From Anaeramoeba ignava BMAN (taxonomy: Eukaryota; Protista; Anaeramoebae): a stretch of DNA of 64,000 bases. Location: positions 1-64,000 of the forward strand of contig JAPDFW010000126.1 in the NCBI GenBank assembly GCA_028826165.1. The letters run 5' to 3'. The translations under genes and the position numbers were made by a program. This document shows positions 37,851-52,427 of this stretch, piece after piece (the first letter of the stretch is position 1; every line of letters starts with the position of its first letter). The notes beneath the pieces were generated by a model, which saw nothing but the letters and a program-made list of their open reading frames with translations, did no database searches and was not told where the DNA came from.

Positions 37851-37942
37851 TTTTAATTTTTCTTTTTCTTTTAAAATTTTTTTTCCAGGAAATCAAAAAT
37901 GAACACAAAACCAAAATTTACTTTCTATTTATTGATTTATTT

Positions 37943-38030
37943 ATTTTAAGATTTTAAGATTTTAAGATTTTAAGATTTTAAGATTTTAAGATTTTAAGAT
38001 TGATTGATTTATTGATTGATTGATTTATTA

Positions 38031-38065
<35 letters not shown>

Positions 38066-38800
38066 AATTGATTGATTGATTGATTGATTGTAATTGATTG
38101 ATTAATTGATTAATTGATTGATTGATTGATTGATTAATTGATTAATTGATGGACAAATTATTGTAATTAACAATTTAATTATTGTAATTAGTAATTGACA
38201 ATTGATCAAATGGACAATTGGATTTGATGATTGGATTATTGATTGAATTGATATTGGATTTGATTGTAATTGACAATTGACAATTGGTGGATTTGATTGA
38301 TGGACAATTATTGATTAATTGATTGGTAATTGATTATTTGATTGGACAATTTAATTGACATTATTTATTGGTAATTTATTGGTAATGAGTGGTTGATTTT
38401 ATTGGACAATTGGTAATTGGTAATTGGTGGTATTTATTATTGACAATTGACAATTGGATTGGATTGATTGTAATTGATTGGATTGGTAATTGGTGGTGAT
38501 TAATTACAATTGTAGTGGTATTGAATTTATTGATTTATTGGACAATTTTATTGATTGATTATTATTTTAAGTAATTGGTGATTAATGGATTGATTAATTG
38601 AATTTGACAATTGGATTGATTGATTGATTGGAATTATTTAATGCATCCAATTATTGATTGGTAATTTAGGTGATTCATTTGATGGGATTGATTGATTGAT
38701 TGATTGATTAATTGATTGATTGATTGATTAATTGATTGATTGATTGATTGATTATTTAATTGATTGATTTTAAGATTGATTTTAAGATTGATAATTGATT
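37943..38800. repeat. Intergenic (attttaag)n plus (attg)n microsatellite with a degenerate core
   Basis: 8-bp unit at 37943-38000, (attg)n on the flanks, noisy ggacaatt/ggtaatt variants at 38150-38690. Confidence 0.85.
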
Positions 38801-38944
38801 TTGGTTTTGAAACAAGTATTTTAAATCATTTGAAAGTTTTTCTAAATTTAAATAATTTTGCATTTTGATAAAAAAGTAAAAAAAATGAAAATTTTTTCTT
38901 TCATTTTTTTCATTCTTTGATTTGGTTTTTTCTTTTTAATTTTT

Positions 38945-40320
38945 ATGGAAAATCAAATTTTATTAAATTTTAAATCTTTAAAAGGAGATTCTTTTACAAT
39001 TTTAGTTGAAAAAAATTCAACGGTTTCTGAAGTCAAAAAAGAAATTGAAAAACAAAAAGGATTTGAATATTTAGGACAAAAAATTATATTTGCACATAAT
39101 GTTCTATCTGATGAATCAAAGATTTCTGAACTAAAAATTGAAGAAAATTCCATATTTATTGTTGTTTATCGACAAGTTCGTTAATTTTGCATTTATTATT
39201 TTTTATAAAATTTTTTTGAATTCATTCATTCATTATTTAAAATTTAAAAAATGGTTTTAGCCAACAAATAATTCTAAAAGAAAAAGTCCCATTTCTTCTA
39301 ATTCTCCAGAATTAGGAAATTTGAATGAAACTCAAGAAGATGAAAAAAATCCGAATCAAAATCAAAATCAATTAAAAATTCCGAGGATAACAAATAAAAA
39401 AGGGATTTCAATTCAAATTCCAAATCCGAATAATTTAGAAAATCCGAATAATTTAGAAAATCCAAAAGAAATTTCAATTCAAATTCACAAAAATAAAGAA
39501 GATGATCTTTTTGAAAAAAACAAAAAAGAAATTTTAAATATGGGTTTTTCAGATGAAGAATTAATCAAAAAAGCTCTTGAAAATTCTCGAAATGATCTTG
39601 AAGAAGCAATTAATTATTTACTTTCAGAAAAAGAAAAAGAAGAAAAAGAAGAAAAAGAAGAAAAAGAAGAAGAAGAAAGTAAATATTTTTTGTTTTTTTC
39701 ATTTTCAAAAATATTTGCTTTTTCTTTCATTTTTATTAGATCCATTAAATAGATTAAAAACAAAACCGCAATTTACTGAATATATTCAAAGATTCAACGA
39801 AGATCCAAAAACACTTGAAACTTTTCTTTCCGATATTCAAAAAACGGATCCAGATATTAATGAATATATCAATACACATCAAAGAGAATTTTTTGCTTTT
39901 CTTTCTGAAGAATCAAGAGCTCAACAAAACCGAAAAAATAGCGAAAATCAAAAGCATCAATCATTAGTAACTTCACCTAATTTTGGGTTATTTTTTGATG
40001 AAAACGATCAACAGAAAATCCAAAGATTAGTTGACATGGGGTTTCCACAACAAAAAGTGGAACAAGCATTATTAGTTTGTGATAAAAATGAGAATCTTGC
40101 TGCTGATCTTCTTACAAATTGGGAAAATGAAAGTGATGATGATGATGATGATGATGATGGAAGTTTAAATCCTTTGGATTTGATTTCTTTTTCTGGGTTT
40201 CAAGATGATGACGATGATGATGATGATGATGATAACGATAATGATAATGGAGATAATGGAGATGATGATTATGATTATGATTATGGAGATCAAAATGACG
40301 ATGATGAAGATGAATTCTAA
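38945..40320 (+). CDS. RAD23: RAD23-family ubiquitin shuttle (Ubl-UBA-XPC-binding-UBA, acidic tail); 3 exons
   Basis: Exons 38945-39175, 39261-39678, 39740-40320. FKSLKG..TVSEVKKEIE..QKIIF; ILNMGF..AINYLL; NPLNRLKTKPQF; IQRLVDMGF..CDKNENLAADLL. Confidence 0.85.
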
Positions 40321-40448
40321 TTTATTTCCATTTTTATTATTTACAATTCCAAAAATAAAAAAAAAGCAAAAAATTTTTTCGTTTTTTAAATTTATTTTCC
40401 TTTTATTTTTTTAAATTTGAATTGAATTGATTTGAAAAAATTAATAAA

Positions 40449-42785
40449 TTAATTAATCCAACTTTTTGCTTGATGTTTTGGTTCGAATTTAAAACCAGAT
40501 CCAACAGGACCCAAAAACATTTCTGAAATCAAAACCCAATCTTTAGGATCTCCACTAGCAAATAAAGATTCCAATTCATTTCTACCTGAAAAGGGTTGAG
40601 GTCTTGAATTCATTTTTTGCGGGAGAACTTCGAGCAAGCCAACAGGAACGTATCTATAAGTGAAAGAAAGCCATTCCAAAAAGAATTTTCTAGTTCTATC
40701 AACACCTTTTTTATCTGCCCCCCAATGATCCAAACCAAATTCCACGAATTTTTTATAAAGTTCCAATCTTTCAGAACTTGACATATCAATTCTTCTTTTT
40801 TCTTTAATTTCGCGAAAGATCCAAGGCTTGATCAATGCACCTCTTCCAATCATTATTGAAGAAACATTTGCCAGTTCAAATTGTTCAACAACTTGAGTGT
40901 AATCAAAAATATCACCGTTTCCAATTAGAGGCAAATCTGGTGTGTTTTTGGCAATTTCGTTTATGTAATCCCAATCAGAGAGTTTTGTGTATCGTTGCTG
41001 TTGAGTTCTTCCGTGAAGAGTTACTGCGTCAGCTCCCCAATTTTTGAGTTTGGGAACAAGTGAATGAGCGATGAGATTTTTTTTTTGGAAGCCTGATCTA
41101 ATTTTTATTGTTAATGGGCAAGAAATGACACTTTTCATACTTTTGAGGATTCTTTCTATTCTTTTTGGTTCATTGAGAAGATATGAGCCCATTTTATGTT
41201 TAACGATTAAGTCTATTGGGCAACCACAATTAAGATCTATAATTTTACAATATTTTTTTTATTATAATATTTATTTTAATATTTATTTTAATATTTTTAT
41301 TTTAATATTTATTTTAATATTTATTTCAATATTTATTTTAATATTTATTTAAATATTTTTATGAATATTTATTTTAATATTTATTTGAATATTTATTTTA
41401 ATATTTTAATATTTATTTTAATATTTATTTTAATATTTATTTTAATATTTATTTTAATATTATTTTGAATATTTTTTTTAATATTTATTTTAATATTTTT
41501 ATGAATATTTATTTTAATATTTATTTTAATATTTATTTTAATATTTATTTTAATATTTATATGAATATTTATTTTAATATTTATTTAATATTTATTTTAA
41601 TATTTTTTTTATTATAATATTTAATTTAATATTTATTTTAATATTTATTTTAATATTTTTATGAATATTTATTTCAATATTTATTTTAATATTTTATGAA
41701 TATTTATTTTAATATTTTTATGAATATTTATTTTAATATTTATTTTAATATTTATTTTAATATTTTAATATTCAATAAAAATTTTCACCAATAAAATCAA
41801 TTCCATTTGAAGAAATTAATTCTTTTTCAAGAAATTCAGATATTTTTGTAAGAATAGGAGCATTAGATCCAGCAAGTTGTACACCAAAAACATCTTCAGA
41901 TTGATGACGTTTAACAAGAGCCCATTCAGAAGGAGCACCTTGAAGAAGTTTTTTATCAATTGCCATTTCCCCGATTGTAATATCAACACCTTGTTCTTTA
42001 CAAAGTCTTCTAAAAGGCAAATTTCCTGTTGTTGTAAGTGGTGCAAGTATTATTTTTCCTTTAAAATCTATTTTCTTTCTTTCTCTAATTGGATCTGGAA
42101 GTAAAACGGTTTTTTCTATTTCTTCAAATGTTTGATTTTCCATTTTTTCTTTTGTTATGCTGTTTATTTTTTGTGAATTTGGAAGAGAATATTTTTTTTG
42201 ACGTAATAATTTAATTTTGTCAAATGGAATTTTGTTAAGAACAAATTTTTGATGTTGAGAAGTATCTCTCTTTTAAATTTTTGAATTTAATTTGAATTTT
42301 TAATTTTGAATTTTGAATTTTAAATTTTTGAATTTAATTTGAATTTTGAATTTTTAATTTTGAATTTTGGATATTTTGAATTTTTATACATTTTTAAGTG
42401 GATCTTCAACTAAATCTTTAAAATTCTCTAAATTAAATTTTTTATTTTTCATTTCATCCATCATAATCATAAATTCTTTTTTAATTTTCATTTCTTCATC
42501 ATTTTCATTTTCATTTAAATTTTGATTTAAATTTTGATTTTCTTTTAAATTTTCTTTTTGATTTTCTTTTAAATTTTCTTTTAAATTTTCATTTTGATTT
42601 TCATTTAAATTTTCTTTTAAATTTTCATTTTGATTTTCATTTAAATTTTCTTTTAAATTTTCATTTAAATTTTGATTTAAATTTTCATTTGATATTTTTT
42701 GTCTTTTAAATTCAATTTGTTCATTTTCTTTCAATTCTTCTTTTTTTAAATCTTTTGGATGTTTTGAATTAAGTAAATTTTCCAT
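40449..42785 (-). CDS. DUS3: tRNA-dihydrouridine(47) synthase; 3 exons
   Basis: Exons 42785-42390, 42269-41789, 41236-40449. LAPLTTTGNLPFRRLC, DLNCGCPIDL, HGRTQQQRYTK, IGNGD, RGALIKPWIF, GLDHWGAD, RYVPVGLLE. Confidence 0.93.
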
Positions 42786-43014
42786 TTTTTATTTAAATTT
42801 TAAAAAATAAAAAATCTAAAAAAAAAAATGAAAAAAAAAATTAACAAAAAAATTTTTTCCTTTTTCATTTTTTTTTTCATTTTTCTTTTAATTTCCTTTT
42901 TTTTTCCTTTTCTATTTGCTTTATAAAAAATTTTAATTTTAAATTCAAAAAAAAAAAACCAAAAAAAAATTAATTAAAAAAATAAAAAACGGCAAATAAA
43001 CAAATAAATAAAAG

Positions 43015-46000
43015 ATGAATAAAATTTATACAAATACAGAAAAAACCGATATAACCGATTTAACCGAAACTCCATTATGGAAAGTTTATCCAGGAAAACA
43101 AACATTTTGCTGCAGTGGGTATATGAATACTGGACCTGATGTGAGTAAACTTGTGATCTCACTTGTTATGTTTAATATTCCGTTGGCAATTTTTATTATT
43201 TTTGTTGCTTGGCCTTTAAAAATTTATGTTTTTTCTATTGCTTTGTTTTTGACTATTTCTACTGATATTAATCTTATTTGTACTGCTTTTGTTGATCCTG
43301 GAATTATTAACCCTTTACCAAAACAATCTACTCATGTATTTGAAAAATTATATTTATTCTACATTCATTTTGATTAAATTAAATATTAATTAAATATAAA
43401 TTAAATATAAATTAAATATTAATTAAATATTAATTAAATATAAATATTAAATATTGATTAAATATTAATTAAATAATTAAATATAAATTAAATATTAATT
43501 AAATATTAATTAAATATTAATTAAATAATGATTAAATATTAATTAAATATTAATTAAATATAAATTAAATATTGATTAAATATTGATTAAATATTAATTA
43601 AATATTAATTAAATATTGATTAAATATTAATTAAATATTAATTAAATATTAATTAAATATAAATTAAATATTAATTAAATATTAATTAAATATTAATTAA
43701 ATATTAAATTAAATATTAATTAAATATTAATTAAATATTAATTAAATAATGATTAAATATTAATAAATTAAATATTAATTAAATATTAATTAAATATTAA
43801 TTAAATATTAATTAAATATTAATTAAATATTAATTAAATATTAAATTAAATATAAATTAAATATAAAAAATATAAATTTAAATATAAATTAAATATTAAT
43901 TAAATATTAATTAAATATAAATTAAATATTAATTAAATAATGATTAAATATTAAATATTAATTAAATATTGATTAAATATTAATTAAATATTGATTAAAT
44001 ATTAATTAAATATTAAATTAAATATTGATTAAATATTGATTAAATATTAATTAAATATTGATTAAATGTTGATTAAATATTAATTAAATATTGATTAAAT
44101 ATTAATTAAATATAAATTAAATATAAATTAAATATTAATTAAATATTAATTAAATATTAAATAATGATTAAATATTAATTAAATATTAATAAAAATAAAT
44201 AAATATAAAATTAAAATAATGATTAAATAATGATTAAATATTAAAATATTAATTAAAATTAATTAAAAATTAAATATAAATTAAAAAAAAATTAATATTA
44301 AATATTGATTAAATAATGATTAAATATTAAATATTAATTAAATATTAATGATTAAATATTGATTAAATATAAAATTAAATATAAATTAAATATAAATTAA
44401 ATATTAATTAAATAATGATTAAATATTAAATATTAATTAAATATCAATTAAATATTAATTAAATATAAATTAAATATTAATTAAATATTAATTAAATATT
44501 AATTAAATATAAATTAAATATTGATTAAATAATGATTAAATATTAATTAAATATAAATTAAATAATGATTAAATATTGATTAAATATTGATTAAATATTA
44601 ATTAAATATTGGTTAAATATTGGTTAAATATTAATTAAATATTAAATATCAATTATTAATTAAATATTGATTAATCTTTCTTCTTTTTTAAAGGCAAATA
44701 CATCTATTATTCCGAAAAAAAAACAAATTGTTAAAAATCAAGAAATTAATTTACCTTATTGTGGTATTTATTAAACTGGATTTTATATTCCATTTTATTT
44801 CTATACTTTTTATTCAAGTTTTAAACAATTTTGCAATTAAAATTATTTTTTTTACAAATATTAAATTAATTGAAAAAAAATAAAGAAACTTGTAATATGC
44901 CTCGACCTATTAGGGCATCACATTGTAGTCGATGCAATCATTGTGTTGCTTGTTTTGATCATCATTGTATTTTATTTCGCAAACATTTGAATTCAATTTG
45001 AAAAATATTCTGATTTAATTTAATTTTATTTTAATATTTGGATTTAGATTTAATTTTAATTTAATTTAATTTAATTTAATTTAGATATTTAATTTAATTT
45101 AATTTAATTTAATTTGATTTAATTTAATTTAATTTAATTTAATTTGATTTAGATATTTAATTTGATTTAGATATTTAATTTAATTTAGATATTTAATTTA
45201 GATATTTAATTTAATTTAATTTAATTTAATTTGATTTAATTTGATTTAATTTAATTTAATTTAATTTAATTTAGATATTTAATTTAATTTAATTTAATTT
45301 AATTTAATTTAATTTAATTTAATTTAATTTTAATTTAATTTAATTTAATTTAATTTAATTTAATTTAATTTAATTTAATTTAATTTAATTTAATTTTAAT
45401 TTAATTTAATTTAGATATTTAATTTAATTTAATTTAGATATTTAATTTAATTTAATTTAATTTAATTTAATTTAATTTAATTTTAATTTAATTTAATTTA
45501 ATTTTAATTTAATTTTAATTTAATTTTAATTTTCAAAAATATCTAAATTTAAGGTCCTTGGGTTGGTACTGATATTGGAATAAGAAATTATAGATTTTTT
45601 GCATTATTTCTTTTTGGTGTATTTTTTGCATCAGTTTATGCATTAGCTTGTTCAGCTGTTTATTTAGCACTTTTATTATATAAATATATTACAGATAAAT
45701 TTACAATTGATAGTTCTTGGAGACTTACAATGACGTAAATAATCAAGATTGTCAATTAAATTGATAAGTTTTAATATTTTACTTTTTAATTAGTGTTATA
45801 TCTGGAATTGGAGGTGGAATTGGAATTTGGGCAATTCGTGCATTGTGTTTATTTCATTTTAGATTAATCTCAAAAAATTTAACAACAAGAGAATTTGTAT
45901 TTAGTTTTATTTCTTCTCAAGAAAATTAAAATTGATTTATAAAATCAAATGAAAATTTAAAATTGATTTATAAAATTAAAATTAAATTAAAATTAATTTA

Positions 46001-46624
46001 TAAAATTAAATGAAAATTAAAAATTCATTTATGAAATTAAATGAAAATTAAAATTGATTTATAAAATTAAAATTAAAATTAAAATTGATTTATAAAATTA
46101 AAATTAAAATTAAAATAAAAATTAAAATTAAAATAAAAATTAAAATTAAAATTGATTTATAAAATTAAAATCAAAATCAAAATTTAAATTAAAATGAAAA
46201 TCAAAATTAAAATTAAATTAAAATTAAATGAAAATCGGATAAAAATTTAAATCGGATAAAAATTAATTTTATTTTTTTTTTTGATAAAATTTTTTTATAA
46301 TTTTAGCATAAAGATATTTGGATTGATTCAAATCCATTTGATAAGGGTTGTTGTAAGAATTGGCAAGAAAAATTTTGTACAAGAATTGCACCTCGTATGA
46401 TTAATTTTCATTCAAGAGCAACTCAAGGTCAAATTTCTACTTTTTATCGTTATATTCAAGAAGATAAAGATAAATTTAAAGGAACTCAAAAAGCAAATAA
46501 ACTTGTTAAAGGTTTATATCAAGAATTTCAAAAAAGTTATACTGGTAAAAATAAAATGGAAGATGCTTGGGATATTGTTGATTTAAGTGATGTTGAATTG
46601 GAATTATCTTCAGATTATTTGTGA
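43015..46624 (+). CDS. DHHC palmitoyl acyltransferase (ERF2/ZDHHC9/14/18-like); 6 exons
   Basis: Exons 43015-43335, 44694-44763, 44886-44966, 45554-45734, 45794-45896, 46307-46624. [53 protein letters not shown]. Confidence 0.92.
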
Positions 46625-47014
46625 ATTTTTTTCTGAAATTTTTAATTTTTTTTTTTTGAAGAAAACAAACAATAAAAACAATTGAAATTTATTATATTTA
46701 ATTAGATTTAGATTTATTTAAATATTTATATTTAGATTTATGTTTTAATTTAAATTTTCTTATTGATTTTTTTGATTAATTTTTTAATTGAAAAAAATAA
46801 TTAGTAAAAAATTAAAATTATTAATAATTTTGTTTTTTTTTTTTTTTAATTTAATTTGCCCACAAAAATAAAAAAAAAATTAAATAAAAATAAAAAAAAT
46901 AAAAAAAAATTTTTTTTTTAAATTAATTTCCATTTTCATTTTTTTTTTTCTATTAAATAAAAATAATAAAAAAAAAAAAAAAAGAAAAGAAAAAAGTTAA
47001 ATTTTTAAACAAAA

Positions 47015-49035
47015 ATGTCAACAAAGAAAGCAGAAAAAAAACCAAAAGAAGAGAAACCAAAAGAAGAGAAACCAAAAGAAGAAAAATCAACAAAAAAAAC
47101 AGCAGCTCCAACAAAAAAACCAACAACTCAAACAAAAAAAGGCAAACAAGCAGATAAAGAGGTTAAAGAAGAAGAAACTCAAACTAGAAAAGAAATTCGT
47201 GAGTTAAATAAACAACTTAAATCAATTCCAAAACCTCCAAAACCAAATCGATCTGAACTTGAAGATTCTCTTAAACCTCTTTATGAAAAATTAGAAAACA
47301 TTCACAAAAAAATTGTACTTAATCATTTCATTTCAAATTTTCGAAAAAAAATTTTCCAAAAAAAAAAAAAAATAATTTATATCATTTTTATTTATTATTT
47401 TTATTTATTCAAAAGAATGAACTCTCTAAACAACAAGAAGAAATCCGAAAAAGACATACATCAATTCTTGATGAAAAAAAACTTGCTTTCGAAAAACTCA
47501 AACAATTAAATGACGACTTAAAAGCTGAAAGAGACAAAAAAACAAAAATTGCTGATAAGATTAAGTCTATTAAAGAATCCCGTAAAAAAAAGTATGAAGA
47601 AATTGATAAATTAAAGAGCAAACTTGAATTCAGAGATGTGAAGAAAATTGATATCGAAATTCGCAAAATTGAAACCAAAATTGAACAACAAACTTTGAAT
47701 CTTTCTCAAGAAAAAGATCTTGTTACAAAAACCAAACAATTAAGAGCAATGAAATCACAATTCTCGTAAATATTTAATTTTAAAATGAATTTTATCACAT
47801 TTCATGTTAATAATTTTTTTTTTGATTTTGATTTTGATTTTTTTTTCAGTGAAATTGATGCAATTTACAAACAAATTGATGAAGATAAAGATACTAATTC
47901 AGCACTTTATAAAAAACTTAAAGAACAAGAAAAAATTGTTAATCAAGCAAAAGAGAAAAGAGATGCTCAAAGAGAAAATGTGAATGCAACATTGCAAAAG
48001 AGAGACGCAATTAATAAAGAATTTGATGCAATTAAATCTAAAATAGGTAAGAACATTTCATTAAATTATAAAATATATTTTTTTCTTGACAATTCAAAAA
48101 TCAATAATTCAAAAATCAAAAGATGAATTCCTCAAACAAGATGAACAAATCCATAAACAACAAGATGATATCTATCATAAATATAATGAATCAAAGAAAA
48201 ATTTCGGAAATTATTTGGATAAATCTGGCGATTTACGTCAAAAGATTCAAGAAAAATTAAAGCAAGAAGATGAAGAACTCGAAAAACTTCGCCAATTAGA
48301 AAAGTAAAAGAAAATAAAATTTTTATTTTTATTTTTATTTCGATATTAAATTTTTTTTTTTTTTAAATTTTTAACAGAGAACAAGACATGAAGTTAATGG
48401 TTCCTTGGGAAAATGAAATCAATCTCTGCCGAAACTTAATCAACTTCTTAACACCAAAAGTTCAATCATATTTATCAAAACAAAACAAAACAACACAACA
48501 AAAAAAGGAAGTGAAAGAAACAAAACCCAAACCAACAGAAAAGCAAGATGACCTTTCAAAACAAATCCAAGAAGGAGAATTCACTGTTCACAAAAAAGAT
48601 GTTTCAAATCGAAAATTTTCTTACTCAAACAAGAAACAACCACAAAAACAAGCACGTCAAAAGAAACAAAAGAAACAAAAGAAACAAAACACAAAAAAAG
48701 CAGTTGATGGAGATTCAACAATAACAATTCCAATTGCCATGTTGAAGGATTTTGAGTTCTTACAAATTGATCCACCGTTATTTATCAAGTCCATCCCAGA
48801 AACTCTTAACAAATTAAAAGAGAAAATCAAATATTATGAAAACACTCCTTTCAATCTCGAAACTCTTTCTCAAACTCCAGACCAAGAAACACCTTCAAAC
48901 GAAAATATCCAGAAAGAAACATCTAAAAAAGTTCAAGTTCAAATTGATATCCCTCAACATGACAACCAAAAACCTCATGCAGTTCTCAAGATTGAATTTT
49001 CTCCTTCCGTTGCTGAAGAATCCCAAAAAAAATGA
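47015..49035 (+). CDS. Coiled-coil protein, BFR1-like; about 5 exons
   Basis: Spliced ORFs starting near 47015, 47415, 47850, 48123 and 48378. IPKPPKPN, LNLSQEKDLV, PWENEINLCRNLINFL and F..LQIDPP....IPETLNKLKEK resemble Bfr1-type proteins. Confidence 0.65.
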
Positions 49036-49395
49036 AAAAGAAACGAAATTTGAAAACAAAAAAGAAAATTTAAATTCAAACAGAATTTTTTCTTTTGATT
49101 TCTTTTTTCTTTTTTTCTTTTTTTCTTTTTTCTTTCTTTCTCATTTTTTTTTTACTTTACTTTACTTTTTTCTTTTCTTTTCTTTTAATACTTTCCAATC
49201 AGAATTGGATTAATTTTTCTCTCTTTTTTTTTTTTCAAATAAATCATTAGATTTACTTGCTTCTCGCAAAATCCAAAAAAAAAAAACAAATTTTATTAAA
49301 GTTTTTTTTAATTAGATTTGAAAATTAAAATTAGATTTGGAAAATTAAAATTAGATTTGGAAATTGAAAAATGGAAAATTGGAATGAAAATTGTT

Positions 49396-52300
49396 TCACA
49401 TCATATTGCATCTTTTATCTTCATCAGTATCAAATTTTAAAGGTGGAAGATCTTGATTGATGTATAAATCTGTTTTGACTGTAAACTTATTCAATAAAAT
49501 ATACATCATTGGACATCTTCTGATACAATCTTCAGTTAATTCTTTGGCAACACTTAAGGGTTGATCAGTTCCAATATCAAAATGAAAAGACATTTTAGGA
49601 ACAACAGGATTTTCATTTAACATCATTTCTCTTGAAATATCTTGATCTAATTGTGATTCAATTTCAATTGATTTAAGACTTAAAGCTCTTAAAGCAGAAG
49701 CATAAGCATAATGAGTTAAAAGACAACAACTTATTCCTCCTAAAAAGTATTGAAGTGGAAATGGTGCACTTGATTCTCCTCCCATCATTTTTCTTGAGTC
49801 TGTTTTCCAAAGTCCAAATTGTGGTTTTCCATCAATGAAAGTTGTATTGAATTGAGGACCAGAAACACTATTACATTCCCAAGCTCCTTCTACTATTTCT
49901 GGTTTAACTGATTCTTGTGGTTTTGCTCTTAATTGTGATTGGAATGTGTAAACTGAATCTAAATTGATGTGATTGATTTTCTTTCCTTTTTTTTGAGGTA
50001 CTTTTTTGTATTGAGTAATTGTTGTTTGTGTTGTTACTGAAACTGCATTTTCTGCTAAAAATACTCCTGGACATTGATCTCTTGCTATTTTAAAAGCATT
50101 TTCAAGTTTATCTTTGTTTTCAAATGAAAATACAGATGTAGATAAGATGATTTGAGTTGCTGGAGGTTTTTGCATATCAAGTCCTGTAATTCTTGTAAAA
50201 TCAAAATCAATTTCACATCTTGTAATAAGTTTATTAAGTTTAATATTCATTAAAGCACAAGTTCTTGCATAAGATCTATTTAAAAAATTAGATATTAAAT
50301 TAAATATTAAATTAAATATTAAATTAAATATTAAATTAAATATTAAATTTAATATTAAATTAAATATTAAATTAAATATTAAAATTAAATATTAAAATTA
50401 AATATTAAATTAAATATTAAATTAAATATTAAATATTAAATTAAATATTAAATTAAATATTAAATTAAATATTAAATTAAATATTAAATTAAATATTAAA
50501 TTAAATATTAAATTAAATATTAAATTAAATATTAAATTAAATATTAAATTAAATATTAAATTAAATATTAAATTAAATATTAAATTAAATATTAAATTAA
50601 ATATTAAATTAAATATTAAATTGATATTAAATTAACATTAAATTAGATATTAAATTAAATATTAAATTAAATATTAAATTAAATATTAAATATTAAATAT
50701 TAAATAAAAAATTAAATTAAATTAAATATTAATTGAATATTAAAAATATTAAATTAAATTAAATATTAAATTAAATATTAAATTAAATATTAAATTAGAT
50801 ATTAAATTGGATATTAAATTAAAATTAAATTAAATATTAAAATTAAATTAAAATTAAATTAAATATTAAAATTAAATTAAATATTAAATAAAATTAAAAT
50901 AAATTAAATTAATATTAAATTAAATATTAAATTAAAAAAATTAAATATTAAATAAATTAAATTAAATATTAAATTAAATATTAAATTAAATATTAAATTA
51001 AATAAAATTAAATATTAAAATTTAAATATTAAATTAAATTTCATTAAATTTAAATATTAAATTAAAATTAAATTAAATATTAAATTAAATATTAAATTAA
51101 ATATTAAATTAAATATTAAATTTAAAATTAAAATTAAATATTAAATTAAATATTAAATTTAAAAATTAAATTAAATATTAAATTAAATATTAAATTAAAT
51201 ATTAAATATTAAATTAAATTAAATATTAAATTAAATATTAAATTAAATATTAAATTAAATATTAAATTAAATATTAAAAAAAAATAAAATTGGATATTAA
51301 AATTAAATATTAAATTAAATATTAAATTAGATATTAAATTAAATATTAAATTGATATTAAATTGATATTAAATTAAATAAGTATTAAATTAAATATTAAA
51401 TTGGATATTAAAATTAAATATTAAATTAATAAAAAATAATATTAAATATTGGATATTAAATTAAATAAATAAATTAAATATTAAATTGGATATAAAATTA
51501 AAATTAGGATATTAAATTAAAGATACAAATTAAATTAAATTGAATATTAAATGGATATAAACAAAAATTGGATATTAAATTAAATATTAAATTAAATATT
51601 AAAATTAAATATTAAATTAAAATTAAATTAATATTAAATTAAATATTAAATTAAATATTAAATTAAGATATTAAATTAAATATTAAATTAAATATTAAAT
51701 TAAATATTAAATTAAATATTAAATTAGATATTAAATTAAATATTAAATTAAATATTAAATTAAATATTAAATTAAATATTAAATTAAATATTAAATTAAA
51801 TATTAAATTAAATATTAAATTAAATATTAAATTGGATATTAAATTAGATATTAAATTGATCTTTTTTAGGGTTATTTTTATAAAGGAAAAAAAGAAGAAC
51901 GAACAAAAAAAAAAATTTTTTTTTTAAATAAAATAAATAAAATAAAATATTTACGAAGCAAGAGATCCTGCAAAAGCTGTTAAGATTATTAATTGATTAT
52001 TTAAAAAAAAAAAAAGGAGAAAATGAAAATTAAATTAAAATTAAAAATAAAAATGCAAAAAAATAAATACCAAAAACACATAAAGCTAAAGGACTTGGTG
52101 CATTTCCAAGACCACCCATTGATTTTGGATTATCTGCTTTGATCTTTTCAACTCCTTGGTCAAAATGAAATGCTAATTTAATTTATAAAAAAAAAAAAAA
52201 GCAAAATTCATTTAAAAAAAAAATAAGAAAATAAAATAAAAGGAAAAAAAAAAGGAATAAGTAAAAAATTATTTAGAAAATTAATTACAAGCATCAAATT

Positions 52301-52427
52301 GAACTTTTCCTTTAAACATCCAATAAAATTCTAAGTTAATTTGTTTTATCGCATTTTCAGGTTTTTGTTTTAATTGAGTTGAAGTTTCCTTTAAATGATC
52401 AACATTCATATGATTAATAAATTGCAT
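49396..52427 (-). CDS. Tandem (double) OsmC-family protein with C-terminal CaaX, copy A; 4 exons, 380 aa
   Basis: Exons 52427-52289, 52172-52071, 51976-51955 (22-bp microexon), 50275-49396. Two repeats of INH.N....P...W...QF..D....GG...AP.PL..(C/S)...CP. Ends in KRCNMM. Confidence 0.85.

Noticed and set aside
37943-38800. Telomeric repeat or hidden ORF in the attttaag/attg region
   Set aside because: It is internal and not a G-rich telomere unit. The ORF track lists no ORF there, and the degenerate core looks like noisy consensus.
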